DNA of 64,000 bases from Desulfatiglandales bacterium (GTDB lineage Bacteria > Desulfobacterota > DSM-4660 > Desulfatiglandales > Desulfatiglandaceae): the NCBI GenBank assembly GCA_963662465.1, contig OY759599.1:3168001-3232000 (forward strand), written 5' to 3'. Position 1 is the first letter of the stretch; the number at the start of each line of letters is the position of its first letter. The position numbers and the translations under genes were made by a program. Positions 9,905-20,116 of the stretch are shown here, in pieces. The notes below the pieces were generated by a model, which worked only from the letters and a program-made list of their open reading frames with translations, made no database searches and was not told the DNA's origin.

Positions 9905-10816
9905 ATGAATCAATATTTAACAGGCGAGGAGAAACTTTCCATTTACACGGGAAATGTCCCTGATTCCTTTGAAATCACATTCATCAAGCAAAACGACTGG
10001 GCATCAAGGGAATTGACCGCCTTCTACCTGGGAGGCGTGGGGGCCGGGCTTTATGTCATATCCCAATTCCTCGGTTTTTCAGCCGGACTGCTCCTTGGGT
10101 TTTTTCTGGCGGCAATCTGCAAAAACATCGCCCACATGAAGTCCGCATCCCACCCGAAGCGCGCGTTCAGAGCGCTGTTGAGGCCCCAGGCCTCCTGGAT
10201 CAGCAGAGGGGCGCTGTTCGTCCTCTTGTTTACGGTTTTCGGGGCCTTGGATATCACTCAAAAACTGGGATGGATCCATTGGAGCGGTTTTCAGGCCGCG
10301 CTTTTTGCGACACTCGCCTTTGTATCCGCCGTGCTGGTCATGGTCTATTTGGGCTTTCTCATGGCCGGGGCCCGGGCAATCCCCTTGTGGCATTCACCCC
10401 TTACCCCGGCGATTTTTCTCTCCTACTCCATAACCCTCGGGGCGGGCGCCACAGCGCTCCTATACCCCCTGTTGGGAAACGGTCCCATGGGTCCACTCGC
10501 CCTGCTGCTCCTTTTGACGACCGCCATTACCCTTTTTCTCGTGGTCATCCAACTAATCGTTTTAAACGCCTCCGGAAAAGCAGCCATGCACACTGTCAGG
10601 TTGCTGACCCGAAAAACCCGGATGGGGTTTTTCATGGGGGGCGTCTTGATGGTCGGCCTGCTCCTTCCGATCCTTATGGCGGGGTGCATGGTCCTGTCGG
10701 GCAAGACGCCCGGAATAGCAATTTTCGCCGTAGGAATATTCGTGTTGGCCGGCGGTTTTTTCTACGAAAAGCTACTGTTGCAGGCCGGCGTATTCAGCCC
10801 ATTGCTGGAAACATGA
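9905..10816 (+). CDS. NrfD/PsrC/PadD-like membrane anchor subunit
   Basis: about 8 TM helices, FYLGGVGAG, SWISRG, IPLWH; third gene of the Mo-enzyme operon. Confidence 0.85.
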   Translation: MNQYLTGEEKLSIYTGNVPDSFEITFIKQNDWASRELTAFYLGGVGAGLYVISQFLGFSAGLLLGFFLAAICKNIAHMKSASHPKRAFRALLRPQASWISRGALFVLLFTVFGALDITQKLGWIHWSGFQAALFATLAFVSAVLVMVYLGFLMAGARAIPLWHSPLTPAIFLSYSITLGAGATALLYPLLGNGPMGPLALLLLLTTAITLFLVVIQLIVLNASGKAAMHTVRLLTRKTRMGFFMGGVLMVGLLLPILMAGCMVLSGKTPGIAIFAVGIFVLAGGFFYEKLLLQAGVFSPLLET

Positions 10817-10851
10817 TAAGCGTAAAACCCCATAAAAAGGAGTTAGATTCC

Positions 10852-12327
10852 ATGAAAAAAGTATTTTCAGCGTTTGTTTACGCGGCATGTCTTACGTCGC
10901 TTTTCCTCATTCTACCCTTCGGTTCCGGGGCAGCAGCAAGCGATATGCCCGACCCTGTGGCCAACCGGCTCGTTGACCTCAAAGCCTGCATAAAATACCT
11001 CGAATCCACCGGCAATCTTGTCCGGATCAAATCCGAGGTTGATCCGGAATATGAGCTGGCGGGGATCGCAAAGCAGTATGAAGGCAAGAAATGCGTCCTC
11101 TTTGAAAAGGTGAAGGGGAGCAAGTTCCCCGTCTTTATCGGGATGCTCTGGAATCGGGATATTGTTGGCAGCCTCTTCAATGTCCCTAAAGAGAATGTCC
11201 CCTTTTCCCTCGCTTCAGGCATCGGTCCATGGAAAGAAGATAAATCCGCACTGCCGGAAAAGATCCTTGAGAAAGGACCCGCCAACGAGGTGATCATGAA
11301 GGAAGCGGATCTCTACAAACTTCCCATCCCCATTCATGCCCTTAAAGACGGGGGAAGATACCTGGACAGCTCGGTGGTGATCGTCAAAGACCCTGAAACC
11401 GGAATTCCCAATATCAGCGTACACCGGATGATGGTGACCGGCAAAGACAGGCTTAGCTTCCTCATCGATCCGGGCCGTCACCTGGGCGCCTACCTGTCCA
11501 TTATGGAAAAACAGAACAAGCCGCTCCAGGTTACCATCAATAACGGCATCGGGCTTGCGCCGTGGCTCGTATCCGCCATTCCAAGACAGGGGGCCGGCAA
11601 ATACAGAATCGCCCATCACATCATCGGACGTCCCATCAATTTCATCAAAGCCCAAACAGTGGATGTGCCTGCTTACGCCGATGCTCAGTTTGTCATTGAA
11701 GCGGAGATTTTGCCCAATGTCAGGGAAGCGGAAGGGCCTTTTGCGGAAGTGACCGGCTACTATGCCGAACGCGACAAACGGTGGGTCATGAAGGTGAAGG
11801 CCATCACCCACCAGAAGAACCCCGTTTTCCAGAGCCTCCTTTCCGGACAAGAAGTCTGGAATGCCGTTGGATTTACAGCCGAAGCCAAAATATTTTCCAC
11901 CATCAAAAAGAAGTTTCCCCAGGTCAAGGCAGTGTACCTGAATCCCGGAGGATGTGGTTTTTACGGCGCCGTGGTTCAAATCGAAAAGGATCGGGAGGGA
12001 CTGGGAAAAGAGGTCATCGACGAAACCTTCAAAGCTTTCAGACCCCTTCAGCGGGTGGTGACGGTGGATACGGATGTAAACCTGTACGATCCCATTGACG
12101 TCAATTGGGCCATCGCCACACGCTGCAATGCGGACACGGATCTGGTAATCATGAAAGACCAGTGGGGCCACATTCTGAACCCCCTGGTGAAAAAAAACCC
12201 TGATGGAAAAGGTGGAACCGTGACCAAAGTGGGCATCGATGCCACGGCGCCCTACCCCAGGACAAGCAAGTTCGAACGGGTCAATTTTAAAGAGGTTGAT
12301 CTTCAAAAATATGACATCGAACAATGA
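10852..12327 (+). CDS. UbiD-family (prFMN-dependent) (de)carboxylase with an N-terminal signal-peptide-like extension
   Basis: DGGRY, NISVHR, EGPFAEVTGYY, VDTDVN, WAIATR, KVGIDAT; AAGGAG RBS before ATG 10852. Confidence 0.9.
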   Translation: MKKVFSAFVYAACLTSLFLILPFGSGAAASDMPDPVANRLVDLKACIKYLESTGNLVRIKSEVDPEYELAGIAKQYEGKKCVLFEKVKGSKFPVFIGMLWNRDIVGSLFNVPKENVPFSLASGIGPWKEDKSALPEKILEKGPANEVIMKEADLYKLPIPIHALKDGGRYLDSSVVIVKDPETGIPNISVHRMMVTGKDRLSFLIDPGRHLGAYLSIMEKQNKPLQVTINNGIGLAPWLVSAIPRQGAGKYRIAHHIIGRPINFIKAQTVDVPAYADAQFVIEAEILPNVREAEGPFAEVTGYYAERDKRWVMKVKAITHQKNPVFQSLLSGQEVWNAVGFTAEAKIFSTIKKKFPQVKAVYLNPGGCGFYGAVVQIEKDREGLGKEVIDETFKAFRPLQRVVTVDTDVNLYDPIDVNWAIATRCNADTDLVIMKDQWGHILNPLVKKNPDGKGGTVTKVGIDATAPYPRTSKFERVNFKEVDLQKYDIEQ

Positions 12328-12914
12328 TGGCCCTTATGCCAAAGGAATACCGAAGCTGGATTTCATTATGAACGGGGACACTGTTTGGACACGATTTAGA
12401 AGATTATAATGATGGACAGGATTGCTATTGCACGGTAAACCGCAAACAAAAAGGTCTCCCCATAAGGATAAGAAACTTGTCCGGGCGCTATCTTCTAATC
12501 CTGTTCATCGTCTTAAATCCTGTGAATCGTGTTCAAAACGGTTGGCATTTTCAGGTGTGGAAATGACGCCTCTCAACTCAACGTTCAGACTGTTTAAAAG
12601 GACTCGACAATGAGACTGCTTGGCCGGATGGAATTTATCCATCTTTCTCAACGATAGATTATAAGTACCCACCGATTATGCGTCAAACATTAATTGCTCA
12701 TTTTCCCTTTGGCGCTACTTCATTGTAACCTGGAAGAAGGATGCCATTTATAATCATAAGTGGCATTTTGTCACTCGCCATTATACCGGCGATTCTTTAC
12801 ATTGGCGGTATACTATTTTTTCTGTTATAATTTTCAGATCCGTGAAACCCATTGCCGGCAGATAGACGAATCCGGTCAGAGACCTTGAGACGCCTTTAGA
12901 GGAGACTAACGGAC

Positions 12915-13916
12915 ATGACCCATACACGATGGTTGCCACTGATTGTGATCCAGGTTCTAATTTTGGGTCTGTTCGCATGCACAAAATCCGATGAGGGGGA
13001 AAAAACAAAGGCATCCGTTAAGGTGGTTTACGGATCGGTTCCCGTCAGCATCGAGGCGCCTGCCCATATTGCTTATCACAACAAATACTTTGAAGAAGAA
13101 GGCCTGGATGTTGAGCTGAGAATCAATCCCGACGGCAAAACATCTCTGGAGCAGCTTTTTGAAGGCAGGGCCGATATCATAGCGGTGACCGGAACGCCCG
13201 TTGTTTATGCCGACTTCAATCGGAACGATTTCTACATTATCGGCGACATCAAACACTCGAATATCCATTTCTGCCTGGCCCGCAAAGACAAAGGCATCAA
13301 CACCATCGCGGATTTGAAAGGTAAGAAAATCGGGGTCATGAAGGGGACCTCCGCTGATTTTTTCATGGACCTGTTCTTTGCCTATAACCACATCACCCGG
13401 TCTGAAGTAAAGATTGTGGAAATGAACGCCCCCACCATGGTGAAAAGCATTGAGAACGGCCATATTGATGCCATGTTCTGCTGGCAACCCTGGGTTCTCA
13501 AGGCCAAAAAAGCGCTGGGTTCCAATGGGTTGATTTTGCCCAACGAACATATTCACATCGGATCATGGGTGATCATCGCCATGAAGCAATTTGCGGATCA
13601 GCACCCGGAAATCATGGAAAAATTTGTAAAGGCCATCGTCAAAGCGGAAACGTTCATAAAAAATAACCCGGAAAAATCCATTGAAATTCATGCAAAAGTC
13701 AGCGGCGTCAACCAAGACATCGCAGCGGCCCTTTTCGATAATATAGGGCAAGGCATATCTTTGGATCAAGGCCTGCTGGATATACTGGAAGACCAGGCCC
13801 GGTGGGCCATTCGATACGGATACACGGATCAGAAAAAGGTCCCCAATTATCTGGATCTAATTTATTTCAAAGCCCTTGAATGCGTAAAACCCGAAGCGGT
13901 TACCATCATCAAATGA
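12915..13916 (+). CDS. ABC-type substrate-binding lipoprotein (SsuA/NMT1/THI5-like)
   Basis: lipobox LFAC, YFEEEGLDVEL, DLKGKKIGV..GT, IDA..WQP. Confidence 0.85.
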   Translation: MTHTRWLPLIVIQVLILGLFACTKSDEGEKTKASVKVVYGSVPVSIEAPAHIAYHNKYFEEEGLDVELRINPDGKTSLEQLFEGRADIIAVTGTPVVYADFNRNDFYIIGDIKHSNIHFCLARKDKGINTIADLKGKKIGVMKGTSADFFMDLFFAYNHITRSEVKIVEMNAPTMVKSIENGHIDAMFCWQPWVLKAKKALGSNGLILPNEHIHIGSWVIIAMKQFADQHPEIMEKFVKAIVKAETFIKNNPEKSIEIHAKVSGVNQDIAAALFDNIGQGISLDQGLLDILEDQARWAIRYGYTDQKKVPNYLDLIYFKALECVKPEAVTIIK

Positions 13917-13917
13917 T

Positions 13918-15762
13918 ATGAAAGTGCGATCCAGAATATATCTCTCCTCCCTGCTGACGGTCGCTCTGATCAGCATCATGGTGGTTTTTCTCTTCATTTT
14001 CTCTTTGAAAATCAATAGAGAACTGGAAAGGGAAGCAGCCGTGGATGAAGTTGTCAAAGGCTTTATCCGACTGGTGCTGGTGGCCGACGATTTCATGGCC
14101 TATCCCTACGAAAGGAAAAGTCGGCAGTGGAACGCGCAGTATGAGAAAATGGCGGACCTGCTCCAGGCAGATGCTGAAGCGGGAACCTACGAGGAACTGA
14201 TATCCAGGTTTCACCTGTTGGGTAAACTCTTTGAAAAACTGCGGATGGAGATGGCCAAAAACCGGGAGAACGTGGTCATTGAAAGGGTCATGGGCCGCAT
14301 TCGATGGGTCTCCCATGATCTGATCAATCATGGATACCAGATTATCGCGGAGAAAAACCAGCGTGTCGCATCCCTGCAACGAAAGAGCAACATCATCCTG
14401 TTTTCCATTAGCATCCTGCTGGTCATCGTATCGGTTCTGACGTCTCTGATCATCATCAAAAGCATTGTTACCCCCTTGAAACGCCTGACAAAAGATGTCG
14501 ACCAAATACGAGAGGGAAATCTTACACTCATTCCGGAGGAAAAAGGGATCGAGAAAGCGGAAAATGAATTCGGAACCCTCTCACGCGCATTCTATGCCAT
14601 GGCGGCCCGACTGGCTCGAACCATTAATGATTTGCGTTCTTCCGAATCCGCCCTGCGGGAATCGGAACAGCTCTTAAACAATGCCATCGACAGCGCGCCC
14701 ATCGGCATGGTCCTCGTAAAGCCTGATGGATATTTCTTCCGCATCAACCGGGCTTTCCGTACCATTACCGGATACGAGGAAGATGAACTCTTGAAAAAGA
14801 CGTTTCAGGATATTACCCATCCGGAAGACCATGAGATCGGCGCCGAAGCCTTGCGAAAACTCCTGAACAGGGAAACTGAAAGCGCCGCATTACAAAAGCG
14901 GTATGTTCATAAAGATGGAAGAACCCTTCACATGCAGTTAAACACGACCCTGCTTAAGGATCCGGAAGGGAATCCCCTCTATATTTTTACCCAGGCCGTG
15001 GATGTAACGGAAAAAAAGCAGCAGGAAGAAGAGTTAAAACAGCACCGGGAGCACCTGAAAGAACTGGTGGAAGAAAGAACCAAGGCCCTGACCGCAGCCA
15101 ATACCGAACTGAAGGATTTCGCCTACATCGTCTCCCACGACCTCAAAGCCCCCCTTCGGGCCGTGAGCCAGTTGTCCTACTGGATCAGGGAAGATCACGG
15201 GGACAAACTGGGGGATGAAGGGAAAGAACAGATATCGCTCCTCATCAACCGGGTCAAACGGATGGATGGCCTCATCAACGGAATCCTTCAATATTCGCGG
15301 ATCGGGAGAACCCGAGAAAAAAAGGAAAAGATCGACCTCAACACCCTGGTCCACCAGGTCCTTGGCGCCATTTCTTCCCCTGAAGAGATTGATATCGCCA
15401 TTGAAAACAGTCTGCCCACCATCATAAGCGACCCCACGCAAATGGAACAGGTTTTTCAAAACCTGCTTTCCAATGCCATTAAATTCATGAACAGGCCCGA
15501 CGGAATCATTCGGGTTAGATGCGACGATGAGGAATCAAAATGGCAATTCAGCGTAAAAGACAATGGCCCCGGCATCGATCCAAAATACCATGACAGAATT
15601 TTTAAAATTTTTCAGACCCTTTCCTCCCGGGACGAACGGGAAAACACGGGCATCGGCTTAACCCTTGTCAAAAAGATCGTTGAATTGTATGGTGGGGAGG
15701 TGTGGGTGAAATCTGAAGTGGGCCAGGGAAGTACGTTCTTCTTCACCCTCCCGAAGGGTTAG
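13918..15762 (+). CDS. membrane sensor histidine kinase (HAMP-PAS-HisKA-HATPase)
   Basis: 2 TM, HAMP, PAS (DITHPED), SHDLKAPL, NLLSNAIKF, GIGL. Confidence 0.93.
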   Translation: MKVRSRIYLSSLLTVALISIMVVFLFIFSLKINRELEREAAVDEVVKGFIRLVLVADDFMAYPYERKSRQWNAQYEKMADLLQADAEAGTYEELISRFHLLGKLFEKLRMEMAKNRENVVIERVMGRIRWVSHDLINHGYQIIAEKNQRVASLQRKSNIILFSISILLVIVSVLTSLIIIKSIVTPLKRLTKDVDQIREGNLTLIPEEKGIEKAENEFGTLSRAFYAMAARLARTINDLRSSESALRESEQLLNNAIDSAPIGMVLVKPDGYFFRINRAFRTITGYEEDELLKKTFQDITHPEDHEIGAEALRKLLNRETESAALQKRYVHKDGRTLHMQLNTTLLKDPEGNPLYIFTQAVDVTEKKQQEEELKQHREHLKELVEERTKALTAANTELKDFAYIVSHDLKAPLRAVSQLSYWIREDHGDKLGDEGKEQISLLINRVKRMDGLINGILQYSRIGRTREKKEKIDLNTLVHQVLGAISSPEEIDIAIENSLPTIISDPTQMEQVFQNLLSNAIKFMNRPDGIIRVRCDDEESKWQFSVKDNGPGIDPKYHDRIFKIFQTLSSRDERENTGIGLTLVKKIVELYGGEVWVKSEVGQGSTFFFTLPKG

Positions 15763-15821
15763 TATTGTATTTCTCTGTGTTCTCCGTGCCTCCGTAGTGA
15801 TTTCAATAAGGAGTTAGGATT

Positions 15822-16235
15822 ATGCACAATTCCAAACCGATTCTCCTGGTGGAAGACGATCAGGTGGATGCCATGACCGTGAAACGAGCCCTCAAAGAGC
15901 TTCACGTAACCAACCCCGTGGATACGGTAATAAACGGGGAAGAAGCCCTTTCATTTCTGAGAGATCCTCAAAATGGAACACCCGGCATCATTCTTCTGGA
16001 CCTGAACATGCCGAAAATGAACGGCATTGAATTTCTCACCATCGCCAAGCAGGATGACGCCTTGAAACGAATCCCCGTGGTGGTCCTGACCACCTCCCGG
16101 GAAGATCAGGACAAGGTGGACAGCTTCAACCTGGGCGTTGCCGGGTACATGATCAAACCGGTGGATTACCAGCAGTTTGTGGAGGTGGTCAAGGCCATTG
16201 ATCTGTACTGGACCTTGAGCGAACTGCCTGACTAA
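15822..16235 (+). CDS. single-domain response regulator (Rcp1-like)
   Basis: LLVEDD, LLDLNMP, LTTS, KP. Confidence 0.93.
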   Translation: MHNSKPILLVEDDQVDAMTVKRALKELHVTNPVDTVINGEEALSFLRDPQNGTPGIILLDLNMPKMNGIEFLTIAKQDDALKRIPVVVLTTSREDQDKVDSFNLGVAGYMIKPVDYQQFVEVVKAIDLYWTLSELPD

Positions 16236-16304
16236 AGGCGGTTTCCCATACAGGCCAAACTTGATGTATTCGGATTCAAGCACCCAACACTGAGGGAGTG
16301 GCGG

Positions 16305-17918
16305 ATGGAAAGCAAAAATATCAGCATGCTGATCGTCGAAGACGACAAAATCGACCAAATGGCCTTTGAAAGGTTCGTTCAAAAAGAACAACTGCCCTAT
16401 GATTACATGGTGGCGGGTTCCATCGCCGCAGCCGAAGACCTTCTCAAATCCCATACCTTTGACATTGTGATCACCGACTATATGCTGGGAGACGGCACCG
16501 GGCTGGAAATTTTCGAAAAAATCCGGAATACCCCCATTATCGTGGTCACGGGGACGGGAAATGAGGAAGTGGCCGTAACGGCCATGAAACAAGGCGCCTA
16601 TGATTACCTGATCAAGGACCCTAACGGTTGCTATCTCACCACCCTGCCGGTCACAGTGGAAAAGGCGCTGAAGCATAAACAGGCCGAGGATGAACTGTCC
16701 CACTACCGGAAAGACCTGGAAAGCCTAGTAAAAAAGCGCACAGAGGAACTTGAAAGGGAAATCGAGGAACGAAAAAAAGCGGAAATCAGACTTCGGCAGG
16801 CCCAGAAAATGGAAGCCATCGGGACCCTTGCCGGGGGCATCGCCCACGACTTCAACAACATTCTTTCCCCCATTGTCGGGTTCACGGAACTGGCCCAGAT
16901 GAATCTTCCCATGGACCATGAGGTGCAGACCGACCTGGCCGAGATATTAAAGGCCGGCCATCGGGCCAGGGATCTGGTTCAACAGATCCTCACCTTCAGC
17001 CGCAAAACAGATTCGGAAATGAAACCCGTCCAGGTGAAACTGATCGTGGGGGAAGCGCTGAAACTGCTTCGAGCATCCATTCCATCCACCATTGAGATTC
17101 AGCAGGAAATTGAAAGCACGTCCCTGATCATGGGCGACCCCACCCAGATTCACCAGGTGCTCATGAATCTTGTCACCAATGCGGCCCACGCCATGGGGGA
17201 AACGGGCGGCCTCCTTTGGGTGGGTTTGAAAGATATGGAAATTGATGATGCTTTCGCCGCCGGGCACCCGGATTTAAAACCGGGGGCACACCTGAAACTG
17301 TCGGTGAGCGATACGGGTTGCGGTATGCCACTCGATGTTCAGCATCGGATATTCGATCCTTTTTTTACCACAAAACGAGAGGGGGAAGGCACCGGCATGG
17401 GACTGGCGGTGGTACACGGCATTGTAACCAGCCACAACGGAGCCATCACGGCCTACAGTGAACCGGGGAAAGGGTCCACCTTCCATCTCTTCCTCCCCAC
17501 CATCAAGCGGACCGAACAAGCCGTGGAAAACCTTCAGAAACCAATCCCCGGAGGCAAAGAACGGATTCTTTTCGTGGACGATGAATCCTCCATTGTCCAA
17601 ATGGGAAAACTGATGCTGGAATCCCTGGGTTACACGGTTTCAACCTGTTCAAACAGCCTGGACGCCCTTGGGCGCATCAGAGACGCCCCCGCCACCATTG
17701 ACCTGGTGATTACGGATATGACCATGCCCCACATGTCCGGAGACATGCTAGCCCGGGAAATCCTGAAAATCAGGCCCGATATGCCCATCATTCTCTGCAC
17801 CGGATTCAGTGCCAGGATCGATGAAAAAAAAGCCATTGAAATGGGCATTCGCGCCTTTGTCTCCAAACCCATACTGAGAGCGGATCTGGCCAGGACCGTT
17901 CGAAGCGTCCTGGATTAA
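16305..17918 (+). CDS. hybrid histidine kinase (REC-HisKA-HATPase-REC)
   Basis: N- and C-terminal receivers, AHDFNN, FDPFFTTK, GTGMGL. Confidence 0.93.
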   Translation: MESKNISMLIVEDDKIDQMAFERFVQKEQLPYDYMVAGSIAAAEDLLKSHTFDIVITDYMLGDGTGLEIFEKIRNTPIIVVTGTGNEEVAVTAMKQGAYDYLIKDPNGCYLTTLPVTVEKALKHKQAEDELSHYRKDLESLVKKRTEELEREIEERKKAEIRLRQAQKMEAIGTLAGGIAHDFNNILSPIVGFTELAQMNLPMDHEVQTDLAEILKAGHRARDLVQQILTFSRKTDSEMKPVQVKLIVGEALKLLRASIPSTIEIQQEIESTSLIMGDPTQIHQVLMNLVTNAAHAMGETGGLLWVGLKDMEIDDAFAAGHPDLKPGAHLKLSVSDTGCGMPLDVQHRIFDPFFTTKREGEGTGMGLAVVHGIVTSHNGAITAYSEPGKGSTFHLFLPTIKRTEQAVENLQKPIPGGKERILFVDDESSIVQMGKLMLESLGYTVSTCSNSLDALGRIRDAPATIDLVITDMTMPHMSGDMLAREILKIRPDMPIILCTGFSARIDEKKAIEMGIRAFVSKPILRADLARTVRSVLD

Positions 17919-17931
17919 TTAAAAGGGTAAA

Positions 17932-19365
17932 ATGTTAACCAACTCATCCAAGAACCTCTGTTTATTCCACATCCTGGACGGATTGCGCCAGGGACTCAGC
18001 AGCTTCTCCGGCCCCAGTCGGGTCGCCGTGATTTTTGCGGAAAAACCCGATGATCCCATTTCCGTTTACGACCCACAGGATCTTCTAAGGGGGCATGAGC
18101 CCATGTTCAAGGAAATCTACCTGGATACGGGAAAATGGCATGAAAATTCAGAAATAACGCGAGACATCAAACATTTAGGTCAGATTTTTCCGGAAAATAA
18201 CCTGGAAATGTCGGGGCTTATTTCCCGAGGGGCCAGAACACGATCCATATTTTACCAGATGTGGTTCACCGAGCATCATCCGGACATCTGCGCCATCGGC
18301 CCCACGGAAAGGTGGCTTGAACATGCGGCATTCCTGCTTTCCCTCGATTTCACCATTGAAGGCCCCTATTACTCGGCCACCTCCGGTTACCTGCTGCGGG
18401 AATACGCCACCCATGCCGTACGCGATTACATTCTGGATAAAATCTGCGACATGTTCGGATGGGACATCAAAATCTTTGTGCTGCCTATCCTGGATGCGAT
18501 TCTGGGTATCTCAAAAACCCGGGAAGAGGGGGCCTGGCCCAGAGGCAAACTGGTATTTATTTCCCCTGAGGATTTTTCCCAGGTGGATTTTCTGGTGCGG
18601 TTTCCCCCCAGTGAGCAACCGAAGCTTAAAAAGCATAAACATGTGCGAAAACTGCTTCAGGCCGTGGAACATTCCGACCGCAAACTGGTTTCCTTTGGGA
18701 ATCATGTGGTGGGCATCGCAGCAGGTGAAATGCCGAAACGCAGATCCACGGCATATTTTCAAGGGGATTTCGGATTTCTGAGGCTGTCGGGCGAGCCCAT
18801 TTGCAGCTTTTCAGATGGCAAGGTCTATTCTTCCACCCAGAGACCCAACCTGGTGAACCTGGAAGAGGCCCTTCTGGAATTTCCCATGGATACTGCCATC
18901 CGGCACGCCCTGTTCAGGATCGTCACCACCATCGTTTATGACGCGAGCAAGGAAAAACACGGCTGCACCCTGGTGATCGATCTCACCCCCGAAAAGGTAC
19001 CCCTTTCAGGACAGCAACTGGAACGCCCCATGGATCTTCAAAAAAAGTCCCTGTTGGACCTGGCAAAATCCCTGGCAAAACTGGACGGCGCCCTTCACCT
19101 GAGAGGGGATCTTCATCTCCATGGCTTTGCCTGTCTCTTGCATGGCGACACCGTACCTGGAGAAGACCGCGCCCGAGGCGCCCGTTTCAATTCAGCCCTT
19201 CGTTTCAGCACCGAGTACCGACAGGTCATTGTGGTGGTGGTTTCCTCAGACAAGCCGGTTTCAGTGATTCAGGAGGGAGTGGAACTGACGGCCCAATGCG
19301 AATGGGCGCCTTTTTCCAAAATGCTTAAACCCCCGCCGTCCCTGGCGGAATGGATCGGAACATAA
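17932..19365 (+). CDS. DisA_N/DAC (diadenylate cyclase-like) domain protein
   Basis: C-terminal HGCTLVI, LAKLDGAL, RGARFNSA, VVVSSD; large uncharacterised N-terminal region. Confidence 0.8.
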   Translation: MLTNSSKNLCLFHILDGLRQGLSSFSGPSRVAVIFAEKPDDPISVYDPQDLLRGHEPMFKEIYLDTGKWHENSEITRDIKHLGQIFPENNLEMSGLISRGARTRSIFYQMWFTEHHPDICAIGPTERWLEHAAFLLSLDFTIEGPYYSATSGYLLREYATHAVRDYILDKICDMFGWDIKIFVLPILDAILGISKTREEGAWPRGKLVFISPEDFSQVDFLVRFPPSEQPKLKKHKHVRKLLQAVEHSDRKLVSFGNHVVGIAAGEMPKRRSTAYFQGDFGFLRLSGEPICSFSDGKVYSSTQRPNLVNLEEALLEFPMDTAIRHALFRIVTTIVYDASKEKHGCTLVIDLTPEKVPLSGQQLERPMDLQKKSLLDLAKSLAKLDGALHLRGDLHLHGFACLLHGDTVPGEDRARGARFNSALRFSTEYRQVIVVVVSSDKPVSVIQEGVELTAQCEWAPFSKMLKPPPSLAEWIGT

Positions 19366-19379
19366 AGCGGCAAGCCGCA

Positions 19380-19408
19380 GTTTTAAGTTTTAGGTTTTAA
19401 GTTTTAAG
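19380..19408. repeat. heptamer tandem repeat (GTTTTAA)4
   Basis: gttttaa gttttag gttttaa gttttaa; reverse-complement array at ~60169-60205. Confidence 0.7.
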
Positions 19409-19426
19409 CATTTAATCTGTAAAACA

Positions 19427-19864
19427 CTAAAAAAGTCCGAAAGAACGCAAAGCGTCGCCCACTTCGGGGAACCGCGCTCCCAGCTTTTTCATTGCCGAGA
19501 GCATGGCATCAATCTTGTGCCGGTCTTCTTTCAATTCCCAACCCATCTCACTTCTTGCCCGTTTCATAAAGGTGCGACGATCCCAGAACACGAGAGCGCC
19601 GATAAATCCCATAACCCCCATAAACCCGCCCAGCATGGTAATCCAGAGATTATCGATACACTCATTCACCTTATCGATACGCTCGTTCACTTTATCAATA
19701 CGTTCGTTCACCTTTTCGATGGCATCAAGAATCAACTGGTCAGCGGATGTCAACACGATGTTTTTTACCGCTCCCGCCGGAATCGAGCCACACAAAACAT
19801 CACCCGCGCAAAACAGACACAATACCGCCAGTATGAAGGAAACCGGATATTTATGCCATGACAT
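19427..19864 (-). CDS. hypothetical membrane/coiled-coil protein
   Basis: signal-like N-terminus, three (K)VNERID heptads, one TM helix; GGAGAGG-like RBS. Confidence 0.65.
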   Translation of the reverse strand: MSWHKYPVSFILAVLCLFCAGDVLCGSIPAGAVKNIVLTSADQLILDAIEKVNERIDKVNERIDKVNECIDNLWITMLGGFMGVMGFIGALVFWDRRTFMKRARSEMGWELKEDRHKIDAMLSAMKKLGARFPEVGDALRSFGLF

Positions 19865-20116
19865 TTCAACACCCCCTCTCCTTCCTTCATCTTTTTGCAG
19901 TTTACAATATTCAACACCCTGAACCAATAATTGTTTTTATCAGATCTGGATTCAACGGCACACAAAACCAACGATCATAGAATTATAATCCACTCTGTTT
20001 TCAACCGTTTCTCACATTTATTCCTTTACATGGAAGTTTCATTCCCATATATTTTTTTACTTAAAAACAAACTTTCCGTTCTTTCTTGTTTTCACAACCC
20101 TACATTCGGGAAAAAA

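Noticed and set aside
10270..10851. 685-aa UbiD with a long N-terminal extension
   Set aside because: The extension overlaps the membrane-anchor gene in another frame; a clear RBS precedes ATG 10852
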